A program made the translations under genes and the position numbers. 64,000 nucleotides of DNA from Cyanobacteria bacterium auto_48_18. GTDB taxonomy: Bacteria; Cyanobacteriota; Vampirovibrionia; Obscuribacterales; Obscuribacteraceae. The number at the start of each line of letters is the position of its first letter. The first letter of the stretch is position 1. The stretch lies in the NCBI GenBank assembly GCA_036170915.1, contig JAVHQC010000036.1, positions 192,001-256,000 of the forward strand, read 5' to 3'. Below, piece after piece: positions 1 to 9,801 of the stretch. Below the pieces are notes generated by a model, which had not been told where the DNA came from, did no database searches, and was given only the letters and a program-made list of their open reading frames with translations.

Positions 1-61
1 TGATTCTGAGGAGTATATATCTTTGACACTACTCTTTCTATAGTCAAAAAAAGTGGGCCGT

Positions 62-123
62 AAGTTAAAAGAACTTCTTAGCTCTAAAGAACAATCTTGG
101 CTCTAAAGAACAATTTTAGCTCT
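62..123. repeat. 19-bp tandem repeat (TTRGCTCTAAAGAACAATY), 2 full copies plus partial flanks
   Basis: ttagctctaaagaacaatc (78-96), ttggctctaaagaacaatt (97-115), ttagctct (116-123), and a degenerate upstream copy. Confidence 0.8.
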
Positions 124-364
124 GTTGTATATAGACCTCACCACCAGTGGTGCAAAATTTTTGCTACCATGCCTGAATGCGCCTAGCATGGTGGATATAG
201 GCGTATTGCTAAATAGAACCATTGATATATTCACAGTGTGCAGACTTGCACATCTACTAGTAAAATTCAGGGCAAATTATAGCTAAAAGGGTGACAGGAC
301 GGCAATTTCGGGCTAATATTACCCACAGGCTAAAGTAGTTCTGCGAATTGTCAAAAGCTTTTGC

Positions 365-393
365 TTGACACTAAATACAGTGTGTAGTCTAAT
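365..393 (+). promoter_or_regulatory. sigma70-type promoter of smc operon with an overlapping NrdR-box-like palindrome
   Basis: TTGACA(365-370)-17 nt-TCTAAT(388-393); ACACTAAATACAGTGT at 368-383. Confidence 0.6.
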
Positions 394-440
394 TCGGACG
401 TAAGGTGCCCTCTCTAGCATCATCCAGGCGGGAAGCTCTT

Positions 441-3400
441 TTGCGAATTAAAGAAATCGAACTTGATAACTTCAAGTCTTTCGGCAAGCAGACACTAGTC
501 CCTCTATTAGACGGATTCACCACAATCTCAGGCCCTAACGGCTCAGGCAAGTCAAACATCGTCGACAGCCTGCTTTTTGCCCTCGGACTATCGTCAACTA
601 GAACAATGCGCGCCGAGCGTTTGCCTGATCTGCTCAATAATTTGAGCGGCAAAACAGAAGCTAAGGTGAGAGTGCGCTTTTGCCATGATGACGGCGAAGA
701 GCTAGAAGTTACCCGTCGCATTCGCGTTAAAGATACAGGCTACACCTCAACTTATATCCTTAATGGTCGCGTTGCTACTCTTACTGAAGTGCATGAAGAG
801 CTGACTAAATATAACGTCAGCCCCACAGGTTATAACGTCATCATGCAAGGCGACGTTACCGGAATTGTCACCATGAGCGCCACCGAGCGCCGTAAAATCA
901 TTGACGAACTGGCTGGGGTAGCCGAATTCGACCGCCGCATCGATCAAGCTCAAAACGAGCTCGAATCGGTTGGCGAAAAAATCGAACAGCAAAAAATCAT
1001 TCTTACTGAAATTCTCTCTCGCATGGAGACTCTCAAAACTGATAGAGATCAGGCTCTTAAGTACCTGGAGCTAAAGACTCAAAAAGAGACTGTAGAGCGA
1101 GATCTTGTCTTCGTGCGTTCTACTGAACTCGAAAATCGCTGTGCTCTTGAGCTGGCCGAAATTGAGAAACTGAATAAGAAAGAAGAAGAACTGGTCGAAA
1201 GACTTGAGCAAACCGAAATCAATTTGCTTGGCCTGCGCACCGAAATGGGTCGCATCGATCAAGAAATTCGCGAAAAAGGCGGCAATGAGCAGCTGCTCTT
1301 GCGCCAGGAGCTTGAGACTAAACGAGGCGAACTAACTCGTGAAGAGAACAAACTCTCTAACTTAAATGGTGTAATTGGCGAGAAAACCAAACAATCAAAA
1401 CAAATCGGTGGGCAGATCAAAGCCATCGATAAGCATCTGTCTGACATTTCTAAACAGAAAAAGCAACACCAGGCTGATCAACAAGTTGTGCGTGTAGGCT
1501 TGATGGAAAGGCAGGGTGCTTTCAGTGCAGTCATGGCCGAAATCGAGGTTTTGCGTCAAGAGAAAGACAAATCCTCGGACAAAATTTCAAATCTGCACGG
1601 CGATTTACAAAAGCTGCGCGATGACAGACACGCCCACGAAGTGAAGAAAACCGAGCTTCGCACTAGACGCGAAGCACTCGAGCGCGAATTAGAATCACTG
1701 CGCACTAAAGCCACTGAACAAATCACAAAATCGGCTCAGGTCAAAGGTTTACTGAGCAAACAGGAACGTGAGTTTCAAGATCAACAAGCTCTTGTGGCCG
1801 GCATTGAAAGATCGCTTTTGCAATACGAAGGCGAACTTGAAGGTACGCGCGAAGAAATTGAATCGAAGCGCCATGCTCAAGATACTGTCAATCGGCGTTT
1901 AATTGAGCTCGAGACAACCCGCGAAGTAGCCGGTGAGTCAGGTTATGGTCGGGCAGTGGAAGCAATACTGGCGGCCGGTATTGCTGGTGTGCACGGCACC
2001 ATTGGGCAGCTTGGTACAGTTGACGATCAATACACTACAGCGCTCGAGACATCTATCGGCCCACGTCTTGGCCACATTGTGGTTGACGACGACCAGGTGG
2101 CTCAAGATTGCATTCAATATTTAAAAGCTAATCAAGCCGGCCGCGCCACTTTTGTGCCCTTGAATAAAATCCAAACCAATCCACCGGGCTTATTGCCTCA
2201 GCGCCCTGGTGTGATTGATTTTGCCTATAACCTGATTGATTTCAATCCTAAATTTGTCAAAGCCTTCCAGTATGCATGTGGCCAGACAATTATTGTCGAC
2301 ACCATGGAAAATGCCCGCAAGCTTATCAACCAGGCGCGCATGGTCACTCTGGGCGGCGAATTATTCGATAAGTCAGGCAGTATCTCAGGCGGTAACGACA
2401 GCAAATCAAAATTGCATTTCGGCAACCGCGGCGAAACAGATCTGGCTGTGCTTAAGCAAACCGCTAAGAGTTTGAGCGATCAAGTCAAATGGTTAAAAGA
2501 CTCACTTAAAGAGCTAGAAGTGGCTCTCAATGAAGAACGCAGCAAACTCTCCAGTGCTCGCCAGGTGTTGGCGCAAAAATCGGCTGAGCTCGATAACAAT
2601 CGCAAAGCTGTTAAAGATATGGAGCAAGACGTCGAAAGCATCAAACCGCAATTGCGCAGCAAGGGCGACGAGATGGATCTTATCGACGCCGAAGCACTGC
2701 AAGTAGAGGCTCAGGCCAAGCTGCTTACAGCCGATATCACCAAGCTTGAAGATTCTCTTGAAGGTGCTCGTGATAAAGGGAAGAAAACTCATTTAGAAAA
2801 ACTGATTCACGAATCAGAAGAACTGAGAGCTGCGCAAATAGCAGTAGAAACAGAGTTCAAAGAACTGCAGCGCCTGATTGACATGGCCGAAACTGAAGAG
2901 CGTGTTGAAATTAACAACCGCGAAAATCTAACCGGCCAGGCTAACGAGCTTGGAGCCGAACTAGACGAACTCGAAGGTCAGCGCCCCAGCCACGAAGCTT
3001 TGATCACCGGCCTGCGTATGGCTATCGGTGAGATGGAGAAGAAAGTCTCTGCCATCTCTGACGAACTCGAGTCAATGCGAAAGGCCAAAGAAGACATTCA
3101 CGAGAAAGTTACCGCGGCCGAAATTGAGCGCACCAAAATCGATCAAGAATTGATTCGCGTTAAAGAGCACAGAAATGAGCGCAAGATGGCGCACTACGAA
3201 GTTGAACAACAGCTTATTGTGGTGAAAGAACAAATCAGTGCCATTCTGGCAGAAAATCCAGACTATCAGCCGCCAAACGCCGGCACTGTAGAGCAACTGA
3301 AGCAACAAGTTGAAAGACTCGAACGCCGCATGCGCGCGCTTGAACCTGTAAACATGAAAGCTCTTGAAGATTACAATCAGACAGAAGAACGGCAGCGTGA

Positions 3401-3971
3401 GCTGGCTGAAAATCTAGAGACTTTGACTGCGGAAAGAGAACAAATTGATCACCGCATTCTCGGTTATGGCCAACTGAAAAAAGAAAACTTCATGGAAGCC
3501 TTCACGGCTATTAACGCCAACTTCCAGGACATATTCTCAGAACTTTCTCACGGCACCGGCAGGCTTGAGCTGGAGAATCCGGAAAGTCCGTTTGAAGGCG
3601 GTCTGATCATCAGAGCTCAACCGCGCGATAAGAAAATGCAGCGCATTGAAGCTCTCTCTGGTGGTGAAAAATCACTGACGGCTCTTTCGTTTGTGTTTGC
3701 CTTCCAGCGCTTTGCACCAGCACCGTTCTACGCATTTGATGAAGTCGATATGATGCTTGACGGTGCCAATGCCGAACGACTGGCCCGCATGGTTAAGAGT
3801 CAGTCGGCCAGCGCCCAGTTTGTTGTGGTTAGCTTACGCCGTCCAATGATTGAAAACGCCGATCACGCTGTGGGCGTATCGCTTAGAGCAGACGGATTCT
3901 CACGAGTAGTGGGCATTAAGGAAGTGCATATTCCTGACGAGCAATTGCTGCCAGTGGCAGCCGGAGCTTAA
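441..3971 (+). CDS. smc: Chromosome segregation protein SMC
   Basis: Walker A GPNGSGKSN, Q-loop MQGDV, long coiled coils, hinge (GRATFVPL), signature LSGGEK, Walker B FDEVD. ORF opens at 405; TTG at 441 (MRIKEIELDNFKSF) fits the family N-terminus better. Confidence 0.98.
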   Translation: MRIKEIELDNFKSFGKQTLVPLLDGFTTISGPNGSGKSNIVDSLLFALGLSSTRTMRAERLPDLLNNLSGKTEAKVRVRFCHDDGEELEVTRRIRVKDTGYTSTYILNGRVATLTEVHEELTKYNVSPTGYNVIMQGDVTGIVTMSATERRKIIDELAGVAEFDRRIDQAQNELESVGEKIEQQKIILTEILSRMETLKTDRDQALKYLELKTQKETVERDLVFVRSTELENRCALELAEIEKLNKKEEELVERLEQTEINLLGLRTEMGRIDQEIREKGGNEQLLLRQELETKRGELTREENKLSNLNGVIGEKTKQSKQIGGQIKAIDKHLSDISKQKKQHQADQQVVRVGLMERQGAFSAVMAEIEVLRQEKDKSSDKISNLHGDLQKLRDDRHAHEVKKTELRTRREALERELESLRTKATEQITKSAQVKGLLSKQEREFQDQQALVAGIERSLLQYEGELEGTREEIESKRHAQDTVNRRLIELETTREVAGESGYGRAVEAILAAGIAGVHGTIGQLGTVDDQYTTALETSIGPRLGHIVVDDDQVAQDCIQYLKANQAGRATFVPLNKIQTNPPGLLPQRPGVIDFAYNLIDFNPKFVKAFQYACGQTIIVDTMENARKLINQARMVTLGGELFDKSGSISGGNDSKSKLHFGNRGETDLAVLKQTAKSLSDQVKWLKDSLKELEVALNEERSKLSSARQVLAQKSAELDNNRKAVKDMEQDVESIKPQLRSKGDEMDLIDAEALQVEAQAKLLTADITKLEDSLEGARDKGKKTHLEKLIHESEELRAAQIAVETEFKELQRLIDMAETEERVEINNRENLTGQANELGAELDELEGQRPSHEALITGLRMAIGEMEKKVSAISDELESMRKAKEDIHEKVTAAEIERTKIDQELIRVKEHRNERKMAHYEVEQQLIVVKEQISAILAENPDYQPPNAGTVEQLKQQVERLERRMRALEPVNMKALEDYNQTEERQRELAENLETLTAEREQIDHRILGYGQLKKENFMEAFTAINANFQDIFSELSHGTGRLELENPESPFEGGLIIRAQPRDKKMQRIEALSGGEKSLTALSFVFAFQRFAPAPFYAFDEVDMMLDGANAERLARMVKSQSASAQFVVVSLRRPMIENADHAVGVSLRADGFSRVVGIKEVHIPDEQLLPVAAGA

Positions 3972-3974
3972 TTC

Positions 3975-5126
3975 ATGAGCAATGAAATCTTTAATGATCC
4001 CACCATTCAAAATTTAGCTGGTGCCTTAAAAATGCCGACTGTCAAAGGTCGCAAAAAATCAGACGGCACAAAAAAGTCTGAGCCTACCGGTAGTAAGAAA
4101 AAAGCCAGTCCGCTCAGTACACGCAGCTTTCCGGTAGAGTCTTTTGTTCCTGGTACAGAACAGACAGATTTTTCTCCGAGTAACCGCGCTGAGCTGATTG
4201 CCCAGGTGCCCGCCGAACTGGCTGAAGCAGCGGCAAATTTTGATTTCGCCGACCTTGATATAAATAAACTTGCCGTGGAAAATTTGCCGGCCAATGGTGG
4301 CAAACCAGGCGAGACAATTTTTAAAAGCGAGCCAGATAGTGGTATCGAAATTCTCGTTAAGATGGCGGAAAAGGGTGAGATTGACCCTAAGAACGTAGAC
4401 ATTATCGACGTCTGCGATAAGTTCCTCAAAGCCATTGCCGCGAGCCCCAAAGAAAGTTTGCGCCTATCAGGTAAAGTAATTTTTCATGCCGCCGTGCTTT
4501 TGCGCATGAAGGCCGAAGCACTGTTGTCTCTAGCCAATAGCAGCCTCAATCCGGTCAGTGATGATTTCCTTGATTTTGATGATGAAGGCGGCCCAATACT
4601 CTATGACTCCAACAAACAAGAAGTTGGCAGACAGCTAACCTTTAAGGATCTTGAAGGAGCAATCGTCAGACGTTCGCAACGCAAGAAGCAACAAGTACGT
4701 GAACGTAAAGTAACCCTCGAACAACTGATCGCAGCTCTGCGCGAAGCGGAAAAAGTCGACAAAAGTCGCCTGGATAAAAAGCCGAAAGCGCGCATTGATT
4801 TATCTGATCACCATGAAGTAAATGCTTACGATGATATTCTAGATCTGGCTCACGATGAGGATATACAAGAATCAATCGAACTAATTGAGCAGTGGATCAT
4901 TGGCAATTTATTGTCTGGTGAGAATATCGAAGTGTTCGATTTAGTGATGAAATTATCTGTGAAGCAAGATTGGGTTGAAGTATTTTTAGCAGCACTATTT
5001 TTATCAAATGCAGGTAAGATAGATCTACAGCAAGATACGTTCTACGGACCGCTATTCTTGACTCTAGCAATCAGTCCACCCAATACCAATATTGACACTG
5101 ACAGTAGTACCATCACCGAGAGCTGA
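3975..5126 (+). CDS. scpA: Segregation/condensation protein A (kleisin) with a ~120-aa N-terminal extension
   Basis: GEIDPKNVDIIDVCDKFL, AAVLLRMKAEALL, C-terminal FLAALFL...GKIDLQQDTFYG; directly downstream of smc. Confidence 0.9.
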   Translation: MSNEIFNDPTIQNLAGALKMPTVKGRKKSDGTKKSEPTGSKKKASPLSTRSFPVESFVPGTEQTDFSPSNRAELIAQVPAELAEAAANFDFADLDINKLAVENLPANGGKPGETIFKSEPDSGIEILVKMAEKGEIDPKNVDIIDVCDKFLKAIAASPKESLRLSGKVIFHAAVLLRMKAEALLSLANSSLNPVSDDFLDFDDEGGPILYDSNKQEVGRQLTFKDLEGAIVRRSQRKKQQVRERKVTLEQLIAALREAEKVDKSRLDKKPKARIDLSDHHEVNAYDDILDLAHDEDIQESIELIEQWIIGNLLSGENIEVFDLVMKLSVKQDWVEVFLAALFLSNAGKIDLQQDTFYGPLFLTLAISPPNTNIDTDSSTITES

Positions 5127-5133
5127 CAGCGCC

Positions 5134-5967
5134 ATGAGCTTAAAAAATCACATCGAAGCACTTTTGTTCTTAACCGATAAGCCTATCAAGACTGCGGTAA
5201 TAGCTCGCACGCTCAATCAAGACGTGCAAGATGTCCGCAAGGCAATGATTGACCTTATTAATGATTACGAAGACCGTAATGGTGCCTTAGAGATTGCCGA
5301 CGAAGACGGCTATATGCTTCAGGTCAAAGACGAATTTTCAGGCCTTGTAGATGAGTTCGCGCCTTTCGAGTTACCCACCTCCCTGGTGCGTACTCTATCG
5401 GCCATTGCCATCAAGCAACCGGTCACTCAATCAGAAGTAATCAAATTGCGTGGTGCCGGCGCTTACGACCATATTAAAGAATTGCTGATTCGCGAATTGA
5501 TTCATCGCAAAGAAGATGGTCGCTCACCAATTCTCACCACCACTAAAAAATTCCAGGAATATTTCCGTCTTTCTAAGGATGGTCAAACCTGGCGCCATCA
5601 GCTAGAGACTGCCACGAATAAAGATCGCAAAGAAGATGAGCAAGTCACAGTTGAGAAGAATGTACAGCTCGAACTTTTCGAATCAGCTGAGCCTGCCCCT
5701 GGTGAAGTGGTAGCGACTGGCGCAGTCTTAAGTCAAACGGTTCTCGACGCTGATGCAGAAGCTCAAATTCAGGCTGCAGTTAATGATGATGATCATATTT
5801 TTGACGCCGAGCCTGCCGAACAGCAAGCAGAAGAACAGCAAACAGAAGAGCAGCAAGCAGAAGTACAGCAAGCAGAAGTACAGCAAGCAGAAGTACAGCA
5901 AGCAGAAGAGCAAACTAAAGAGGCTATAGCGATTCCTCTTCCTGAGGCAGCTCATAGCTCTGTATAA
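5134..5967 (+). CDS. scpB: SMC-Scp complex subunit ScpB with an acidic repeat tail
   Basis: IEALLF, TLSAIAIKQPVTQSEVIKLRG, TTKKFQEYF; ATG at 5134 (ORF opens at 5092). Confidence 0.95.
   Translation: MSLKNHIEALLFLTDKPIKTAVIARTLNQDVQDVRKAMIDLINDYEDRNGALEIADEDGYMLQVKDEFSGLVDEFAPFELPTSLVRTLSAIAIKQPVTQSEVIKLRGAGAYDHIKELLIRELIHRKEDGRSPILTTTKKFQEYFRLSKDGQTWRHQLETATNKDRKEDEQVTVEKNVQLELFESAEPAPGEVVATGAVLSQTVLDADAEAQIQAAVNDDDHIFDAEPAEQQAEEQQTEEQQAEVQQAEVQQAEVQQAEEQTKEAIAIPLPEAAHSSV
5821..5910 (+). repeat. 6 x 15-bp coding tandem repeat CAGCAARCAGAAGWR (QQ[A/T]E[E/V])
   Basis: Units start at 5821, 5836, 5851, 5866, 5881, 5896; three are identical (cagcaagcagaagta). Confidence 0.95.
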
Positions 5968-5971
5968 ATGA

Positions 5972-6727
5972 ATGCCAGCAGTGCAGAATTCAGGCCCGTT
6001 AGGTCATTCAAGTAAGTCTGTCAGCGCCATTCTGGTTGCTGGTGGATCGGGCACCAGGTTTGGTGGCCAGGCCAACAGTCAGACCGTGCCCAAACAGTTC
6101 CTCCCCCTTAATGGATATCGATTGTATATATGGTCGCTATCCAAGCTATACCGCTCTGGTGCATTTAAGGACATAGTCGTCACCAGTCCGGCTCGTTATG
6201 TTGATGAAATTCAGGCAGAGGTAAATCGCCTTTTGCCTGGTTCAATTGCCGTAATCGCAGGTGGTGGCAGTAGACAAGAGTCGGTTAGTCTGGCTTTAGA
6301 GAAACTTGCAGAGCTTGGCAAGCCTGATTTTGTGGTGGTGCATGATGCTGCCAGGCCATTTGTTTCAGAGAAAACCATCAACGACGCAGTCACCACTGTC
6401 ACCACCCTAGGTGCCTGCACAGTCGCCACTGCAGTTTCTGACACCATTAAATTGGTGGAGCACGAAAAAATTTGCCAGACAATTAACAGAGAAAATCTAT
6501 ACGCCGTGCAAACGCCACAGGCTGCACCTTTTGACCTTTTGATCGAGTGTCACCGCCTGGCCAGGCTTTCTGGCCTTGGTGTCACGGATGATGCGGCAAT
6601 ACTCGAGCATTTCGGCCATGAAGTGAGGATTTTCGGGGGTTCGACCAACAATATAAAAGTCACTCTTCTGGATGACTTAAGAGCCTGTGAGCTTCTTGCA
6701 CCAATGTTTCTCAAAGAATGTCCTTAA
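5972..6727 (+). CDS. ispD: 2-C-methyl-D-erythritol 4-phosphate cytidylyltransferase
   Basis: AGGSGTRFG, PKQF, GGGSRQESV, VHDAARP, DTIK, QTPQ, TDDA, NIKVT. Confidence 0.95.
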   Translation: MPAVQNSGPLGHSSKSVSAILVAGGSGTRFGGQANSQTVPKQFLPLNGYRLYIWSLSKLYRSGAFKDIVVTSPARYVDEIQAEVNRLLPGSIAVIAGGGSRQESVSLALEKLAELGKPDFVVVHDAARPFVSEKTINDAVTTVTTLGACTVATAVSDTIKLVEHEKICQTINRENLYAVQTPQAAPFDLLIECHRLARLSGLGVTDDAAILEHFGHEVRIFGGSTNNIKVTLLDDLRACELLAPMFLKECP

Positions 6728-6900
6728 AAGTCCTTGAAACCACATCTGGTGCATATATAGACGATATCAAATTGCTTTTCTAAACCGTTGTCACCAGTTG
6801 TGGTGCCTCTTGCGCAATCCTGGGAAACGACTAAAATTGTTTCAACTCAATATTTATTTTCAAATTCAGTATTATTTCCAAGCATAAAAAAGGGAAAGCC

Positions 6901-7461
6901 ATGGTTGACGACTACAGAGACAGCCCACAGGACAAACCTATATTTGCTAACGAGACCAGATCAGGTAAGAAAGAAATTGATCTTTTCCCTGCTTTGCAAG
7001 ATCGTCGCATGATGGCACTAGGTTCAGTTCGCCAGAACGCGCCAACCAGATTAGGCACACAGATTTCAATTTTCACCCCGGTTTCGTTTGAAGAAGCTCT
7101 CGAAATTGTTGAATGCTTGCGCTCACGCGCTGCCACCACAATTTCTCTCGAAAACATGAAAAAACTCGATGCCAGCCGTTTGGTTGACTTCGTAGCTGGT
7201 GCCTCCGCCGCATTAGATGGCGATTTTCATAAGTTGAGCGAGCAGGTTTATGTCTTCTGCCCGAGCAATATTCGCATTACGCCGCCGGCTAAACCCGTCG
7301 TCGAGACACCTTACGTGCCTTATGGCGATACATTGGCCGGGCAGCCTACACCAGTAGAAGCTCTGAGCACAGATCTCGGTCTGGGTGCTCTAGACTTTCT
7401 CTATCCTGGTAGAGGTAGCCAAGGGACAACCACTACAAGTTCTCCCTGGACAAACTCCTGA
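6901..7461 (+). CDS. sepF: Cell division protein SepF
   Basis: PVSFEEA...RLVDFVAGASAALDG...VYVFCPSNI. Confidence 0.9.
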   Translation: MVDDYRDSPQDKPIFANETRSGKKEIDLFPALQDRRMMALGSVRQNAPTRLGTQISIFTPVSFEEALEIVECLRSRAATTISLENMKKLDASRLVDFVAGASAALDGDFHKLSEQVYVFCPSNIRITPPAKPVVETPYVPYGDTLAGQPTPVEALSTDLGLGALDFLYPGRGSQGTTTTSSPWTNS

Positions 7462-7627
7462 CCGTTAAAGAAATCTAATAGTAGAATCCTGCGGCCTTTG
7501 CCAAGTTCTGCTTCAAGTTTTTTAACAGCTATGGTTAGCGGGCACTGGTATCATTGAAATACAAAGTACATGCGGCAAACGCCGTCAGGTGCTGCGTTTC
7601 CTCCTTACCTAATCCACCACAACATGT

Positions 7628-7662
7628 CTTCCCCCTTGTTCGACGAGGGGGAAGTTCTCTTT
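7628..7662 (+). terminator. Intrinsic terminator hairpin
   Basis: CTTCCCCCTTG-TTCGA-CGAGGGGGAAG followed by TTCTCTTT. Confidence 0.7.
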
Positions 7663-7724
7663 ATGGCTTAATATTTGAGGGCGTCCAACGGGCCGGCAGG
7701 AGAGAAGTTTTGACTAGAAAAAGA

Positions 7725-8711
7725 ATGGCCGTGGTCAAAGCTGTGCTGGTATTAATGACCAGCATAATTTCCGTTCACCCTGCGGCGGCCAGACAATCAG
7801 CCCTAAAGGTTTTACCTCAAGCAGGCGATCGCGTTACCGTGGTTTCTGCTGAAGGCACCCCAATTCCGCTGCCGGCCGAGGTGGTGTCGATTATGAAAGG
7901 CAAGGCCATCGTGCAAATGCTGCCGTCTTTTCAATATAAAGGTGGCGAGCAGCGCAAAGTTTCGCTCAGGCAAATAAAGGCAATTTTCCCGACTGATAAA
8001 GCCACCGCCCCTGGAGCTGCCGGCCCCGTTGAGACCAATGATGCTGCCGGTGCAAAATCTAAAATAGTCAAATTGCAAGGTAATGCCAGAGCCGGTGAGC
8101 GTGCCAAAGTACTGAGCGGCCTTTTCACCCGTTTTGGCCAGACATTTGAAGGCAAAAAGCTAATCTGCAAAGAAGAGCAATTCTATTTTTATCCTGATGG
8201 CCGTGTTTATCACGGCATACCACCTGAAGGCCCATCACATCTCGACTGGCAAAAAGCGTCGGCCACCAATGCCGATTTGTGTGGCACCTACGGCATCGAC
8301 GGCGATACCATCATATTTAAGTGGGGTAATCAGGTGGCCACCACCTGGAGTATCAAGCGTAAAGGTATAAACATTGAGCTTAACGGCCTGGTGGCTGATA
8401 AATGTCCAGAATTTCTCCATTCGACCCTTTCAGGTACCTACATGCGCCAGAGCGTAAAACTAGTAAACGGAAAATCGGTTCTCCAGCCTGAAAGCTATGT
8501 CTTTACTGCCGACAACAACGTTATTTATGTGGGTGATGGCAAGAAAACCGGACGCTATCTTCTGGCAGGCAATGACTTACAGATCAAATTTGAAAACGGT
8601 GAGATTTTTTGCTGCACTGCATTCCCTCAGTATTTGGACAGCCGCAACGTAAAATCTCCGCCGAGAATTAGTTTGGCCGGTAATCTCTATGAGCTGCAAC
8701 AGACTCGATAA
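7725..8711 (+). CDS. Secreted hypothetical protein with beta-rich domains
   Basis: Signal-peptide-like MAVVKAVLVLMTSIISVHPAAA from ATG 7725; repeated F.DG/GTY..DG..L-type beta motifs. ORF opens at 7554, but that extension overlaps the terminator. Confidence 0.7.
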   Translation: MAVVKAVLVLMTSIISVHPAAARQSALKVLPQAGDRVTVVSAEGTPIPLPAEVVSIMKGKAIVQMLPSFQYKGGEQRKVSLRQIKAIFPTDKATAPGAAGPVETNDAAGAKSKIVKLQGNARAGERAKVLSGLFTRFGQTFEGKKLICKEEQFYFYPDGRVYHGIPPEGPSHLDWQKASATNADLCGTYGIDGDTIIFKWGNQVATTWSIKRKGINIELNGLVADKCPEFLHSTLSGTYMRQSVKLVNGKSVLQPESYVFTADNNVIYVGDGKKTGRYLLAGNDLQIKFENGEIFCCTAFPQYLDSRNVKSPPRISLAGNLYELQQTR

Positions 8712-8712
8712 T

Positions 8713-9762
8713 TTAGACTGATACTAAAAACTTGGTGGCGATTTGTAGTGCCGCGGTGGCGGCATCATCGCCTGACACAGTCAGCTCATATGGCTCATAT
8801 TTGACTATGCCGCGGGCGTACATAGGGTCGTAATAGTCTTGCAGTAAAATTTTCACCACTGCCGCATAATCACTTTCGCCCAACAGTTGTTTAATAGCCA
8901 GCAGTTTTTCTCCGCCCAGTCTTCCCTTAATTGCCTCAAGGGAATGCAATGCCGACTCTAGATTCTGGCTGGAAAGCTGATTATTCTCAGTGTACTCATC
9001 AATTATGCGCTTTACTCGAGATTCAAGACTGCCTTCCACAAGCACCCGAGCAGCACTTTCCATGCGACCGTAGACAAACAAAGGCAGCGACAGCTTACCG
9101 ACTTTTTTGCCTTCCGCTTCTACAAAAACTACACCAGGAGGAAACGACCGCACTGCCTGCCAGACCATGGCGTCAAAATTTTTCTGAGTGGGTTGACTGC
9201 CGAGCTTCATGGCCCCAAATACTGAGCCGCGATGGTTGGCCAGCGCTTCCAGGTCTAAGACTGAATGGCCCAGTCGGCATAGATGCTGCAATATTTCAGT
9301 TTTGCCTACACCAGTATGACCATGAAGCACCACCATAGAAAATGCATACTGATCATCTTCAAATTCGCTGAGCAGCTCTTTGCGCCAGGCTTTGAAACCA
9401 CCGGTTAAACGCCAGCAATCAACTCCTATAATGCTGAGACAACTGGCTACAGCTTCGCTTCTCAGACCACCGCGCCAGCAGTGAATCACCAGCGGAGCAC
9501 CACCAACACGATGGCTGAGAATTTCATCAAGCAACTGAGGAATTTTCGGCGCCACCATCACCAGTGCTTTGCGCCGTGCCACAGATTCGCCTTCCTGGGC
9601 ATAAATGGTGCCGATAATTTCGCGCTCTTGATCTGTAAACAGGGGAACGTTTACTGCTTGAGGAATATGTTCAATAGCGAACTCACAGGGGGAGCGAACA
9701 TCAATAATAGCCACCTTCTTCAGGCTATTGAGTTCCTCGGCAGTCAATTCGCGCCAGGTCAT
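8713..9762 (-). CDS. mnmH: tRNA 2-selenouridine(34) synthase (SelU/YbbB)
   Basis: Rhodanese DVRSPCEF and CWRGGLRS, P-loop GHTGVGKT, DLEALANHRGSVFG, YYDPMY. Confidence 0.95.
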   Translation of the reverse strand: MTWRELTAEELNSLKKVAIIDVRSPCEFAIEHIPQAVNVPLFTDQEREIIGTIYAQEGESVARRKALVMVAPKIPQLLDEILSHRVGGAPLVIHCWRGGLRSEAVASCLSIIGVDCWRLTGGFKAWRKELLSEFEDDQYAFSMVVLHGHTGVGKTEILQHLCRLGHSVLDLEALANHRGSVFGAMKLGSQPTQKNFDAMVWQAVRSFPPGVVFVEAEGKKVGKLSLPLFVYGRMESAARVLVEGSLESRVKRIIDEYTENNQLSSQNLESALHSLEAIKGRLGGEKLLAIKQLLGESDYAAVVKILLQDYYDPMYARGIVKYEPYELTVSGDDAATAALQIATKFLVSV

Positions 9763-9801
9763 TGCTTAACGCCTACTCTTTCAGTCTTCTATTTCAGTTT
9801 G

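Noticed and set aside
62..123. Possible CRISPR array
   Set aside because: Contiguous repeats without spacers, and no cas genes in the window
5728..5955. Cys/Leu/Phe-repeat ORF on the minus strand
   Set aside because: Antisense shadow of the scpB 15-bp repeat
405..5967. Wadjet/MksBEF defence-type SMC system
   Set aside because: Canonical housekeeping Smc-ScpAB with a hinge; no JetD/MksG nuclease
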